A stretch of 50,782 nucleotides of DNA from Thermodesulfobacteriota bacterium (GTDB lineage Bacteria; Desulfobacterota; Desulfobacteria; Desulfobacterales; C00003060). Positions 9,467 to 19,806 of the stretch are shown in pieces (the first letter of the stretch is position 1; each line of letters starts with the position of its first letter). The notes beneath the pieces are model-generated. The model was not told the origin of the DNA. It searched no databases and saw nothing but the letters and a program-made list of their open reading frames with translations. A program made the position numbers and the translations under genes. The stretch is taken from assembly GCA_034189385.1 (NCBI GenBank), contig JAXHVD010000029.1, positions 1 to 50,782 of the forward strand, written 5' to 3'.

Positions 9467-9717
9467 ATGTTTGGGTTAGAGGTGTTTGGAGTAGTGACCT
9501 AGTAGAAGGGTTGGCTTGGATATCCAGCACACATCTCAGGTTCAATAGGTTGGATGGATAACCCAGATAGCCTGCCCATATGTAGCTTTTTCAAAGGCTT
9601 ACGATTTGCTATGAATACCACAAAGCTTCCAGGCTGGCAAGTCAGGAGATGGGCACAGGCGTATTGTTTGGACAGATTACAGGCCCTGCGCCCAATATAT
9701 AGAACAAATGTTCAATA

Positions 9718-9966
9718 TCACGGCTTGACCCCAAACTCTGCCATGACCGTCCGTGTCTCAAGTTTGTTCAACTCTCGCTGAACCAGATCCAGAAAAGCAC
9801 GCTCTTCTGCTAGCTGTTTTGGGTCTGAATGCGGGTTCTTTGCTAGCACATGCAACTTTCCTCTGGTTGCATCAACCAGAGACCTGAGATCCTTGATCCG
9901 CCCGAGGTCTCTCAGGACATCTCTGCCGAAGCCCGGGCCCCTGACCAGGTCACAACACTCAGTCAT
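9718..9966 (-). CDS. Small hypothetical helical protein
   Basis: ORF with plausible composition; no recognised motif. Confidence 0.45.
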   Translation of the reverse strand: MTECCDLVRGPGFGRDVLRDLGRIKDLRSLVDATRGKLHVLAKNPHSDPKQLAEERAFLDLVQRELNKLETRTVMAEFGVKP

Positions 9967-10303
9967 CCCCAACTTTCACCTTGGTTGTGAACTTCCTGCT
10001 ACATTCCCTGCAGTGCCTCAGTCTGACCTTGCCCTTGGCCAGCTTGCGGTACCCCTTCCAGGTTGTTTTTGTGCTTCTGCAATATGGACATTTGTAAGGT
10101 CTTCCCATGAATCATCACCTCGGTACCCTTTCGGGATGCGCTACTTTATTAATCTTTCCATATGGGCCGCATGGGCCGCGGGAAATCGGATATGCTACGA
10201 CGATACATTTATATATCTCGAGGCCTTACCGCACCTGAGGATGAAACAAAATCTCTCGACGCCCATATCTGTGCCAGGGCCTCAGAACCCTCTCCTAAAA
10301 AGC

Positions 10304-11026
10304 ATGTCTCGGGTAAAGACACGGATCAATGAATTTAAGGAGAGGGCCAAGAGGTTCTACTTCCGTGTACTCCTGACTCAATATGAATGTCCAAAATGTG
10401 GTAAAGCCCTGACCATGACAGGCCAAAGCCAGTGTGCGTGTTCGTCTGGTCATACTCTTGATCCAACTCTTGCCTTCCAGACGAGCGACTGCTGTGAGGC
10501 CAGACTTGTGCGAAGAACCTTTCACTACGCATGCTCGAAATGTGGGAGAACCGTACCCTCACGATTCCTTTTTGATGAGAGGATCTTTGACAAGGCCTAT
10601 TTTAGAGACATGGTCCGTGACTCCAGGGCTCGGGCCAAGAGGAAGAGAGAAGAAATCAAGAGACTCCTAGCAGAATCCAGGTCGGGCGGCTTGTCTCTGA
10701 CAGAAGATCCTAATCTTGAAGCTATCCCGGGCCTGATCGATGATCTGAACGACTTTGTTGGCCCGAGATCCGTTCAAATGTTGGGCCTTGCCGTCAATGC
10801 TGACGGTGGTTTTCGGATGGAAGACTACCGAAAGCACATACTTTCGCTTCTCGGTCCAGGAGAAGTCTGCTTCTCAGATATCACGCCCCTGGTTGATGAC
10901 AACCGCCTCGATAGGGTTTGGCGTTTTGTCTCGCTGATCTTCATGCAAAATGACAATGAGGTCCGGGTTGGCCAATATGGAAGGGACCTGTTGATTGAGA
11001 GGATTGACCATGAAACTAACAGCTAA
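10304..11026 (+). CDS. Zn-ribbon protein with a C-terminus resembling the kleisin ScpA winged helix (start uncertain, 10241 possible)
   Basis: CPKC, CACSSGH, CC and CSKC clusters; C-terminal VWRFVSLIFMQNDNEVRVGQYGRDLLIE resembles ScpA xxxFLALLELxxxxxVxxxQxxxxxIxI. Confidence 0.7.
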   Translation: MSRVKTRINEFKERAKRFYFRVLLTQYECPKCGKALTMTGQSQCACSSGHTLDPTLAFQTSDCCEARLVRRTFHYACSKCGRTVPSRFLFDERIFDKAYFRDMVRDSRARAKRKREEIKRLLAESRSGGLSLTEDPNLEAIPGLIDDLNDFVGPRSVQMLGLAVNADGGFRMEDYRKHILSLLGPGEVCFSDITPLVDDNRLDRVWRFVSLIFMQNDNEVRVGQYGRDLLIERIDHETNS

Positions 11027-11357
11027 AGACAAAGATTTCCTGGAGCGTTTGAAGTGTCTGTTAGATGACCAACAGCTGTCTATAGAGCTGAAACAGGATG
11101 GCTTGAAACGGCTCGTTCTGCGGCAGAACTATGGCGGCAAAATTGAATCTCGATTCAGAATGACCCGGCAGGGAGTCCGCTGGAGGTTTGAGCGCCTATT
11201 TAATGAGATCTACGTTTCTGCTTACGAAACCGTCTTTTGGGTGGAATCGAGCTTTGGTATTGGGCTCCGTCATCAGGCTATTGAGATCGCCAGAGAGCGC
11301 ATAGCCCTGCGCAAACAGGCCAAGAAAATTGATGATTTTCAGGTTTGCCGTCGATAA
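11010..11357 (+). CDS. Small putative helix-turn-helix protein
   Basis: IESRFRMTRQGVRWRF is HTH-like; overlaps the end of the upstream gene. Confidence 0.65.
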   Translation: MKLTAKDKDFLERLKCLLDDQQLSIELKQDGLKRLVLRQNYGGKIESRFRMTRQGVRWRFERLFNEIYVSAYETVFWVESSFGIGLRHQAIEIARERIALRKQAKKIDDFQVCRR

Positions 11358-11646
11358 AAGGGCTGAATCTAGGTCAAATCAGAAGGGGTCAATTGTAAAG
11401 GGATTTACCCTCCTACCAAATTGCTGTCCGGAAGCTCCTATCATCCGACGAGAGTGTTTTTTGGAGCCCCCATTTGTCCATCAAGCAGCCCTGTTGAGCA
11501 GGAATCCCACGGAATCGCACGGTTTTTGGGAGGTCATGGTTTTGCTGTACTTCCCTGGATTTGCCCGAAAAAGTTTTAACATGACCCAAAAACACCAATA
11601 CCCTCTCGAATGCCCAATTTTGACCGAAAAGGCAGAGGTGAAAAAT

Positions 11647-12060
11647 GTGCCAAGCACCAAGATCGAGTTGAACTGGAATAGGATTGCCCGCATCCAGGGT
11701 TTGGATGAGCTTGCCCGGGTACTCTTCCCAGGCAACAAGAACCATCAGAGGATCTTCTTGGCCATATTCATCGAGCTCAAATACGCCCCAGGCCAGTTTT
11801 TGCCAGCCCTGACCCCTCTCTGTGACAAATATGATTTCAGTCCCCGCATGCTGGAGACTGTCCGCAGTAAGATGCGACGCATAGGCATCATCGACCACGT
11901 TTCCAGATTTAATAAGAGGCATGGCTATCGTGAGGGCTGGGTGTTCTCAAGCCGGTTCACCAAGGCCTTAAACCGCATGGCAGAGCTCACCCAAGGCTTC
12001 GAGGACAGAAAAGACACTCTTCAGGAGCAAAAAGACAGGGACTTGTTCAGGTACATGTAA
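11647..12060 (+). CDS. Putative winged-helix DNA-binding protein (start 11581 possible)
   Basis: GAGGTG RBS before GTG; LCDKYDFSPRMLETVRSKMRRIGII...GWVFS wHTH pattern. Confidence 0.65.
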   Translation: MPSTKIELNWNRIARIQGLDELARVLFPGNKNHQRIFLAIFIELKYAPGQFLPALTPLCDKYDFSPRMLETVRSKMRRIGIIDHVSRFNKRHGYREGWVFSSRFTKALNRMAELTQGFEDRKDTLQEQKDRDLFRYM

Positions 12061-12160
12061 CTCATCAGCACTTGGTCTTCTGACAGACTATCCTGAATGC
12101 AGGAACAGTCGCGTCTTTCTTCTACTGCTTGATGAGTTATAAGTGCTTGATCAGTGGCCG

Positions 12161-12433
12161 TCAGCGCTTTGACTTTCTCGGCCGGGTTGTCCTCTTTGCC
12201 GCAGTCTTCTTTTTGGCAGGTGCCTTCTTTTTGGCCGGGGCGTTCTTTCTGGCAGCGACTTTGGTCTTTGCGGCAGCTTTCTTTTTCACAGGGGCCTTCT
12301 TAGCAGTCTTAGCTTTGGCCTTAGCCTGCGTCTTTTCAAGCTTGTCCACCTTCTTCGTTAGCTGTTCTGTTTTCTTCGTCAGAGCCTTGAGGCTCTTAGA
12401 TACAGCCTGCAAATCCTTCTTCAGCTTCTTCAT
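12161..12433 (-). CDS. Histone H1-like Lys/Ala-rich nucleoid protein
   Basis: N-terminal coiled coil followed by KKAP/KKAA repeats; GGAGGAG RBS. Confidence 0.8.
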   Translation of the reverse strand: MKKLKKDLQAVSKSLKALTKKTEQLTKKVDKLEKTQAKAKAKTAKKAPVKKKAAAKTKVAARKNAPAKKKAPAKKKTAAKRTTRPRKSKR

Positions 12434-12464
12434 ACCTGGTCTCCTCCGTTCTTGGGTTTTCGGT

Positions 12465-12746
12465 CTATTTGTGGGTGTCCACCCTTTCCTTCAACTCCTT
12501 GCCGCACTTGAAAAAGGGAAGCTTCTTCGCTGCCACCTGGATGGCTTGGCCTGTTTTGGGGTTTCGGCCCGTATACCCCTTATATTCCTTAACAAACATG
12601 CTGCAAAAGCCTCTGATCTCAACTCGATCGCCCGTGACAAGGGCCTCGGTCATTTTATCGAAGAGCATGTCGACAACGTGCTCAGCCTTTGTTTTGGACA
12701 AGTGCGTTTCTTTTCCTAGCGCTTCTATTAGTTCCGCCTTGTTCAT
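12465..12746 (-). CDS. HU/IHF family DNA-binding protein (IHF-beta-like)
   Basis: MNKAELI...GDRVEIRGF...GRNPKTG...PFFKCGKELKERV. Confidence 0.95.
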   Translation of the reverse strand: MNKAELIEALGKETHLSKTKAEHVVDMLFDKMTEALVTGDRVEIRGFCSMFVKEYKGYTGRNPKTGQAIQVAAKKLPFFKCGKELKERVDTHK

Positions 12747-13160
12747 GAATATACTTCCTCACCGTGCGGAGTCATTGAACACGTTCTGTCTGCAAGGATG
12801 CTCAAAGAACTCGGGATTTCATAGAACACAACTTGTTGAAAAGTCAACAATAGTTGTTGTGTGACCAGCCTTCCGCGTTTGGGCTGTGATTTGGCCGATC
12901 CGAGAAGAGCGGAGGAGACATAGATTCCAATACGTCCATATTCCTTGATATTTCAGGCTAGTAGCGGTAGGTAACGCACAAATTGGAGTGGCCTTTTCTA
13001 GTCCTTTTCTCGGGAAATGATTCATAGTGTTTACAACTATATATAGTTCGTGACTGGGTTCCATTTCTCCGTGAGAAGGATGGAGCTCTTTCGTTTTGGC
13101 GCTTGTGACGGGCTGCGGCAGAGCATGATAAGAATCCTTTCCCCGTCTCAGAGCCTTGGA

Positions 13161-13348
13161 CTAGGTAGTTTTAGCTACCAAAACAGTAGTATCTATTTTG
13201 TTAACCTATAGAATTCTTGACAAAAATTTCCTACAGTGATACCCTCTCACCGTTTTTTTCGTGGCCCGTTAACCCCCAATGAAGAGAGTGCCATGCACTA
13301 GGATAGAAAACCCCGTTTCTCGGAAAGAGATCGGGTTTTTGTGTTTTT
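13161..13348 (+). promoter_or_regulatory. GTAGTT boxes, TTGACA promoter and strong terminator ~95 nt downstream (candidate sRNA or attenuated leader)
   Basis: Boxes at 13165 and 13186; TTGACA at 13217-13222; hairpin AAAACCCCGTTTCTC...GAGATCGGGTTTTTG at 13307-13341. Confidence 0.5.
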
Positions 13349-13570
13349 GGTGGCTGAGGGCAGGTCGTGAACATGATCGGGGCAACGAATGATTAATGCT
13401 GAAAATGCGATAATCCCAGGGTCTTACGACCTGCAACGTTTCCCTTCTTTACAACCCTCCCGGAAACTGCTACTTGGGCTTTCGAAGCATTGGTCTTCAC
13501 GACAGTATTCCATATCCTCCAGGAACCTAACCTTTGAACCTAACCTTTACTCCGACAGTGCTAACGTCAC

Positions 13571-15781
13571 ATGGGAATTGAAAAACATTTTGATGTGAGT
13601 TTTGTGGCCGGCCTAGCCTTAAGGGAAAAGCAAATCCAGCAGAATTACCGGCCCATCATCGCAGTGCACAAATGGTTTGCACGTCGTCCAGGAACGCTCT
13701 TTCGAAGCCTTGTCTTGTCTGAGTTTAGCGGTCAAGAATTACCGAAGGCCTTCTATGGTTCCAACAGCCTAAAAGGAATCTCCATTGCTGACCCCTTCAT
13801 GGGGGGTGGCACCCCTCTCATCGAGGCGAACCGCCTTGGATGTGATGTCATTGGATACGACATCAACCCCATGGCGTACTGGATTGTCCGTCAGGAAATC
13901 GAGCACTTGGACCTCGAAGCATATAGGAGGGCCGCCCACAGCCTAAGGCAACGGCTCGAAAAGGAGGTGGGACATCTTTACCGCACCAGGTGCCTTACGT
14001 GTGGTTCACCTGATGCCCATGTAAAGTACTTTCTTTGGGTGAAGACTCTGACTTGCAAAGACTGCAAGAGCAGTATAGACCTTTTCCCCGGGTATCTGAT
14101 TGCCAGAGACACACGCCATCCGAAAAACGTCTTTGTCTGCGCCTCTTGTGGCGACCTCAATGAAGTGAGAAGTCGGGACCATCCCGGCCTCTGTCGGTCA
14201 TGCCGAACCCCCCTTGCAGTGTCTGGTCCTGCAACGCGCAATCGCTGTACTTGCCCTCGTTGCGGCACCTCGAATGCTTATCCTGATCCTTCCGCTGGAC
14301 CGCCTGGAAACAAGATGTTTGCTCTAGAATACCATTGCCAGCACTGTAAGCCCGCCCACAAAGGGCGTTTTTTTAAGAAGCCTGATGACGAAGACCTGGC
14401 CAGATTAGGAGAGGCAGACGCCAGGTGGGCCAGAACGAGGTCACGGTTTGTGCCAGAAGATGAGATTCCCCAGGGAGACGAGACCGATCGCCTGCACCGT
14501 TGGGGTTACCAGCGTTACCGGGAGATGTTCAATGCGCGACAGCTGCTCGGCCTGGAGTTGAGCTGCCGGGCCGTTGCCAGGGAGACTGAAGAAAGGATTC
14601 GAAATGCCCTGGCCACGAACCTTTCTGACCTTCTCCGCTATCAGAACATGCTCTGTCGTTACGATACGATGGCCCTTAAATCCCTTGATGTCTTCTCCGT
14701 TCACGGCTTCCCCGTGGGACTGGTCCGGTGCGAATCCAACCTCATTGGTATCTCAAGGGCAGACGGGGTGAACGTGGGTAGTGGAGGATGGTCCAACATG
14801 GTTGAGAAGTACGTAAAGGCAAAGGCGTACTGTGATCACCCCTTTGAAGTGCGTTATCAAGGAAGGCGTAAAACCCAAGTCCCTATTCCTGGCGAATGGA
14901 TTGGTGACAGACAGGACGGGGCCACATCACCCAAACAACGCAAGGTCCAGCTTCGCTGCAAGAGTGCCACGTCTGCCAGGTTACGGTCATCCAGTCTGGA
15001 TGGCGTGTTTACCGATCCTCCCTATTTCGGAAATGTCCAGTATGCAGAGCTCATGGACTTTTGCTACGTTTGGCTCCGCCGGCTCGTCGGCTTGAATCAG
15101 CCAGCCTTCAAGCAGGCCTCTACCCGAAACAAAGACGAATTGACCGGCAATGTGACCATGGACCGGGGCCTTGACCATTTCACTGATGGCCTGTCGGCGG
15201 TGTTCAAGCGGATGGTTTACGCGATGAAGCCGGGTGCCCCTTTTGTCTTCACCTACCACCACAACAAACTGGAAGCCTACTATCCTGTAGCAGTGGCCAT
15301 TCTGGACGCAGGCCTGACGTGCTCTGCTTCCCTGCCCTGTCCGGCTGAGATGGGGGCCTCCATTCACATTGGCGGCACAAGTTCGTCCATCATAGACACG
15401 ATTTTTGTCTGCCGTACCACCGGCAGCGTCCCCAGAAGATGGCTTCAGGAAGCACCTGAGGGGCTGGCCGGCCTTGTTGAAGAAGACGTACGAAAACTGG
15501 GGCTTGGAGGTGTCAAAACCACATCAGGAGACGTGCGGTGTATCCTCTTGGGTCACTTAATGCGTATGGCCATCTGGGCCCTTAGAAGGACATGGAACGG
15601 AAAGCTGAACACCATGGAACGGCTGGCAGCCGTGTCGCAATGGGTCCAGCAATTCGGTGGCCTTTCATCAGTGGAAGAACATCTTTCGGATTTGCTTTCT
15701 GGAAGACTGCGGGTCCGATCTGCCACAGTACGAGAGAATGTGACTCCTTACGAGGTCCAAGATGCTGAAGTATCGTTTTAA
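13571..15781 (+). CDS. Amino (N6-adenine-type) DNA methyltransferase with Zn-ribbon insert (DUF1156/COG1743-like)
   Basis: HKWFARR; motif I DPFMGGG; motif IV TDPPY; multiple CxxC. Confidence 0.9.
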   Translation: MGIEKHFDVSFVAGLALREKQIQQNYRPIIAVHKWFARRPGTLFRSLVLSEFSGQELPKAFYGSNSLKGISIADPFMGGGTPLIEANRLGCDVIGYDINPMAYWIVRQEIEHLDLEAYRRAAHSLRQRLEKEVGHLYRTRCLTCGSPDAHVKYFLWVKTLTCKDCKSSIDLFPGYLIARDTRHPKNVFVCASCGDLNEVRSRDHPGLCRSCRTPLAVSGPATRNRCTCPRCGTSNAYPDPSAGPPGNKMFALEYHCQHCKPAHKGRFFKKPDDEDLARLGEADARWARTRSRFVPEDEIPQGDETDRLHRWGYQRYREMFNARQLLGLELSCRAVARETEERIRNALATNLSDLLRYQNMLCRYDTMALKSLDVFSVHGFPVGLVRCESNLIGISRADGVNVGSGGWSNMVEKYVKAKAYCDHPFEVRYQGRRKTQVPIPGEWIGDRQDGATSPKQRKVQLRCKSATSARLRSSSLDGVFTDPPYFGNVQYAELMDFCYVWLRRLVGLNQPAFKQASTRNKDELTGNVTMDRGLDHFTDGLSAVFKRMVYAMKPGAPFVFTYHHNKLEAYYPVAVAILDAGLTCSASLPCPAEMGASIHIGGTSSSIIDTIFVCRTTGSVPRRWLQEAPEGLAGLVEEDVRKLGLGGVKTTSGDVRCILLGHLMRMAIWALRRTWNGKLNTMERLAAVSQWVQQFGGLSSVEEHLSDLLSGRLRVRSATVRENVTPYEVQDAEVSF

Positions 15782-15847
15782 ATGCTTAAGGCGAAAGATG
15801 GCCCTTTGATCTGCCATTTTCATCTTATCTAGAGACAGGATCACTCA

Positions 15848-16942
15848 GTGAAGCGTCCATTCGAACTTGACCGCCAAGAACTCAATGAACGTTTGGAAGA
15901 AATGGTGGATATCACCATGTCTGACCTTGGTTCCGAGTTCATGCTCATGCCGATTGGGAAGGGATTTCTGAGATATGAGGATTTCCGCACAGCTTATGAG
16001 GTCCTTAAACGTCAGACAAGTGCCTTTACCCATTTTACGGAAAAAGAAATCCGCCAAGCTTTGCTTGAAAACAGCAGGACGTTATGTGTGCTTCGGGCCA
16101 TTTTGGGGATGACCCCTCCGGAATGGGCTGAGTTGGCCCGCACCGAATGCGATAGCGACATAACCCAAGGCGCTGCTCGAAGCCTGGACAAGGCATGTCG
16201 CGATCGTGCCGATCATCTGATAAACATGGAAAGCCGATATCAAAGGCGGTTCAGCCGCTATAAGGAAAAGGGCGGAAAGCCTGTTGAGCGTACTAAAGGC
16301 TTAAGACGGATGGAGGACCTGGTAAAGGTCGCTATACATCACATCAGGCTGGGGGTTACTAAAGAGACCGAAGATGTGATTCATCGGCTGTCCAAGTTCG
16401 ACACCCGCAAGGGGCTCCAATCGCTCCGGTACGCTGCCAAAGAAAATGTGCCTTACGCAGTCTTACTCTACGAACGTTTTATTGGCCGTCCATTTGCTGC
16501 CCATCGTGACGCCGTATCCGAACTGGTGGGCGAGGTAATGGAAAATGCGATTGAGGAAAGACTTCGAAAAGCCGGGGTCACGTATCGAAAGACAGGCAGG
16601 GCCGAGCGCATACCCGGTTTCGGGCAAGCACCGGACTTTTGCATCCCCGATGAGATCAATCCGGCGGTGGTCATCGAGGCGAAAATAACCAGTGATGACG
16701 GCACTGCCCGGGACAAGGTGGCCCGGATCAAGGAGTTGGAAACTCAACGCAGGAAGCATGTGAAGACGGGACGGCCAAGCTATGAAGTGGTTGCCTGTAT
16801 TGACGGGCGGGGGTTCCGAGAGAGACGGGAAGACATGCGGCAGATGTTGCTTCGCCTAAATGGGAAGGTCTTCACTACGGCTTCTCTTGATCAGTTGATC
16901 ACCCATACACGTATTCGAGGGTTTGTCACACAGAGTCTTTAG
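15848..16942 (+). CDS. Putative PD-(D/E)XK restriction endonuclease
   Basis: APDFCIP...VIEAK catalytic motif; directly downstream of the MTase. Confidence 0.75.
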   Translation: MKRPFELDRQELNERLEEMVDITMSDLGSEFMLMPIGKGFLRYEDFRTAYEVLKRQTSAFTHFTEKEIRQALLENSRTLCVLRAILGMTPPEWAELARTECDSDITQGAARSLDKACRDRADHLINMESRYQRRFSRYKEKGGKPVERTKGLRRMEDLVKVAIHHIRLGVTKETEDVIHRLSKFDTRKGLQSLRYAAKENVPYAVLLYERFIGRPFAAHRDAVSELVGEVMENAIEERLRKAGVTYRKTGRAERIPGFGQAPDFCIPDEINPAVVIEAKITSDDGTARDKVARIKELETQRRKHVKTGRPSYEVVACIDGRGFRERREDMRQMLLRLNGKVFTTASLDQLITHTRIRGFVTQSL

Positions 16943-17121
16943 GCATTATGTGTACCATATGGTTGTTAATCCGAGGGGGCGCTTGTTCTGCAGCATCCGA
17001 CCTTGTGGAAACGGAATTAATGATCCGCGTTAGTTCCGTTGCACAAACTCAAGAAATAATATGGAGTGTCTCTTAAACAGACTTTAATGGACATGCGCGA
17101 TGTATTGGAGGGACCAGCGCT

Positions 17122-18804
17122 ATGGCCTCAATAGAGAGTATTAGAATAGAATTAAAAGGAATTGGTCGGATTCTTTTTAACAGAAATCTGTGCGTGCCCC
17201 TTTACCAGCGTTCGTACGCTTGGGAAGAGTCACACGTGCTAGATCTTTTCAATGATATTCAAGGAGCAATGGCCGCAGGAGAGCACGAATATTTCATAGG
17301 AACAATAGTCACAACAAAGAATAGAACTGATCGCCCGGAAATTGCAGACGGGCAGCAAAGATTAGCGACAGCGACAATCCTCCTGGCCGCAATAAGGGAT
17401 TGCTTTCACGACAACGGAGACCACGATAGAGCTGAAACAATCACATCTGATTTACTTCACAAAAAAGAGCTGAAGACCCTTGAGCTGATACCGAAATTGA
17501 AACTTAACGATGGTGACCACGATTTTTTTGTGAAAAGAATCCTTCTGAATCCCAATAATCCGGACCGTGATCAGTCACCAGCTAAACTGTCTCACATACG
17601 AATAGAAAAGGCGGCGGAGCTGGCAAAACAGCATGTTTTGAATCTCGCTTCGATGCCAGACAGTACCGAAAGACTTACGGATCTCGTGTCCTATTTGACG
17701 GACTCAGTTGTCGTGATATGGGTAAAGGTGCCAGATGATACTAACGCCTTCACCATTTTTGAAACACTTAACGACAGGGGATTAAGTCTTGCTATTTCTG
17801 ACCTGCTAAAGAACTTTCTGTTTGGACTATCTTGCAGCAGATTGCCAGAGGTTCAGCGATCATGGACCAGTATGGTCAGTGCGTTGGAGTCTATAGAAGA
17901 TGAGCGGATAGTGGTAACCTTCATCCGACATTTTTGGTCTTCAAAACATGGGCTCGTTCGGGAAAAGGAACTATACAATAGCATAAAACGGAAAATATCT
18001 TCTACGACCGCGGCTGTGTCATTTGCACGCGACCTAGAGAGGAACGCACAACTTTATGCAGCTATTCTCAATACCAAAGATGGCCTTTGGAATAAATATG
18101 GTATGACATGCCAACGCCATATGGAAGTCATCAATTTGTTGCGAATGGCCCAAATCCGCCCACTGATTCTAGCAGTTCTCGACAAATTCGCAGTGAAAGA
18201 GGTAAGAACAACGATAAGGAATATGGTTTCGTGGTCAGTCAGGTTTTTGGTCCACGGCGGCGTTGGCGGCGGCACCCTCGAGAATCATTATAGCCAGGCT
18301 GCTAAAGAAGTACGGGCTGGTAAGCTCAAGACGGGCACGAGCCTGTTTAAAAGGCTCAAACCTATTGTTCCCACCAATGCTCAATTCCGCTCGTCATTCA
18401 TGACCGCTACTGTTTCAAAAGCTTACCTGGCTCGATATTATTTGCGAGCCTTAGAACAGCGACATATCGGTGAAAAAGAGCCTGAGCTTATTCCAAATGA
18501 CGATTCTGGAGTTGTTAACCTTGAACATGTCCTTCCTCAGAATCCGTCTAATGCATGGAATCACTTATCACCGGATGATCAGGCCGTTTTGGTACGCACA
18601 TTGGGTAATTTGGCACTTCTAAAGAACAGAATCAACGTAAGAGCTGGTAACGACAGTTTCAGTTACAAGAAGGCATTCTATGCGAAATCCAAATTCGAAC
18701 TAACAAACATGATAGCAACAGAAAGAACTTGGAACCAGGAAACGATTCAAAAACGGCAGAGTGAGCTGGCAAAACTCGCTGTAAAAGCCTGGCCCCTTAA
18801 ATAA
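17122..18804 (+). CDS. gmrSD: GmrSD-family type IV restriction enzyme (DUF262 + DUF1524 HNH)
   Basis: PLYQRSYAW, DGQQR, FETLNDRG, LEHVLPQ...LGNLALL...N. Confidence 0.92.
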   Translation: MASIESIRIELKGIGRILFNRNLCVPLYQRSYAWEESHVLDLFNDIQGAMAAGEHEYFIGTIVTTKNRTDRPEIADGQQRLATATILLAAIRDCFHDNGDHDRAETITSDLLHKKELKTLELIPKLKLNDGDHDFFVKRILLNPNNPDRDQSPAKLSHIRIEKAAELAKQHVLNLASMPDSTERLTDLVSYLTDSVVVIWVKVPDDTNAFTIFETLNDRGLSLAISDLLKNFLFGLSCSRLPEVQRSWTSMVSALESIEDERIVVTFIRHFWSSKHGLVREKELYNSIKRKISSTTAAVSFARDLERNAQLYAAILNTKDGLWNKYGMTCQRHMEVINLLRMAQIRPLILAVLDKFAVKEVRTTIRNMVSWSVRFLVHGGVGGGTLENHYSQAAKEVRAGKLKTGTSLFKRLKPIVPTNAQFRSSFMTATVSKAYLARYYLRALEQRHIGEKEPELIPNDDSGVVNLEHVLPQNPSNAWNHLSPDDQAVLVRTLGNLALLKNRINVRAGNDSFSYKKAFYAKSKFELTNMIATERTWNQETIQKRQSELAKLAVKAWPLK

Positions 18805-19106
18805 CAGGTGTGAAACGGTCGAGTGCCCCAGCCTGACTCAGAGGAAGGTGCTGTTGTGGTATGGCGAGCCTGCCTGCAGTAGCGTCGAAACAGACCTTGA
18901 GGCAGGATGAATCATCCTCGGCGGCTGTGTTATCACTGACAATTTCCCTGCTTGGCAGTGTGTGGATTGTGCGACTCAGGTCTACAGGGAACAGTAGATA
19001 CGGCTCCATTGAAGGAGGGGCGAGTTGGACTGTGCAGAGGGTGTCATCCAATCCTATCTGTGGTGTTTGTTTGAACAAGGCAAATGAGACCGGTTTCCAC
19101 CGGCCT

Positions 19107-19367
19107 TCAATCACTGTCACTAACTTCTCCAGAATCCCCAGCCCCCATCACCAGATATTCATACGCCTTGGATAGCGCCAAGATGGCCTTTGGGATATCG
19201 TTCTGGTCCAAACTGCTGGTGGAAGCCCATTGTCCATCTGCCTTCATGTACCTCTTTTGGAAGCTAACCTTCTTCAGCTTCACAGATTTTCCACCTGCAT
19301 TTATCTCATTTTCAAAAATGGAAGTTTCGCAACTACCACATTTAAATCTCTTTTCAGGTTTTGCCAT
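19107..19367 (-). CDS. Small PC4-like putative ssDNA-binding protein
   Basis: GGAGG RBS; beta-rich SIFENE...VSFQKRY..DGQWxxTSSL pattern plus C-terminal helix and acidic tail. Confidence 0.55.
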   Translation of the reverse strand: MAKPEKRFKCGSCETSIFENEINAGGKSVKLKKVSFQKRYMKADGQWASTSSLDQNDIPKAILALSKAYEYLVMGAGDSGEVSDSD

Positions 19368-19477
19368 TTTTATACACCTCCTTTGTCTCCAGGAGAAGTT
19401 TTGTCCGGGTCTGCGGAGAACCTCTCCCGGGGTTGTTGTCCGATGAAGGTACAAGAGAACTTGCGTATATTTTATAT

Positions 19478-19750
19478 CTATCGATAATACATCCGCTTGC
19501 TGCGCCAGCCATTTGAAGGAACTGTCTCTGGGAACAACACCTCACGGCAGTTGATGCAAAACGCCAGCCCTCTCAGATTCTCATGTCGCCCTAAAGGACG
19601 TTCACACCCAGTGCGAAGTACTCCCAAGATATAGTCCCACTGGCCATTTTTTGAATGATAGTGTCGCGGCGTCCTTTCATGGCTATAATGGTAGGTTCGA
19701 TTGCGGGGTTCGTAACCGTTGCTTGTCCGGTGTATCCTGTACTCATTCAT
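19478..19750 (-). CDS. Small hypothetical protein (CxxC)
   Basis: GGAGG RBS; FCINCREV. Confidence 0.5.
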   Translation of the reverse strand: MNEYRIHRTSNGYEPRNRTYHYSHERTPRHYHSKNGQWDYILGVLRTGCERPLGRHENLRGLAFCINCREVLFPETVPSNGWRSKRMYYR

Positions 19751-19806
19751 GCGAACACCTCCATTGTTTCTCATCCTGTGACGAAACAATGGAGTGTGCC
19801 ACCGGC

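Noticed and set aside
12129..12719. Hydrophobic 196-aa ORF (FFLAGA repeats)
   Set aside because: Antisense of the Lys/Ala-rich protein and HU
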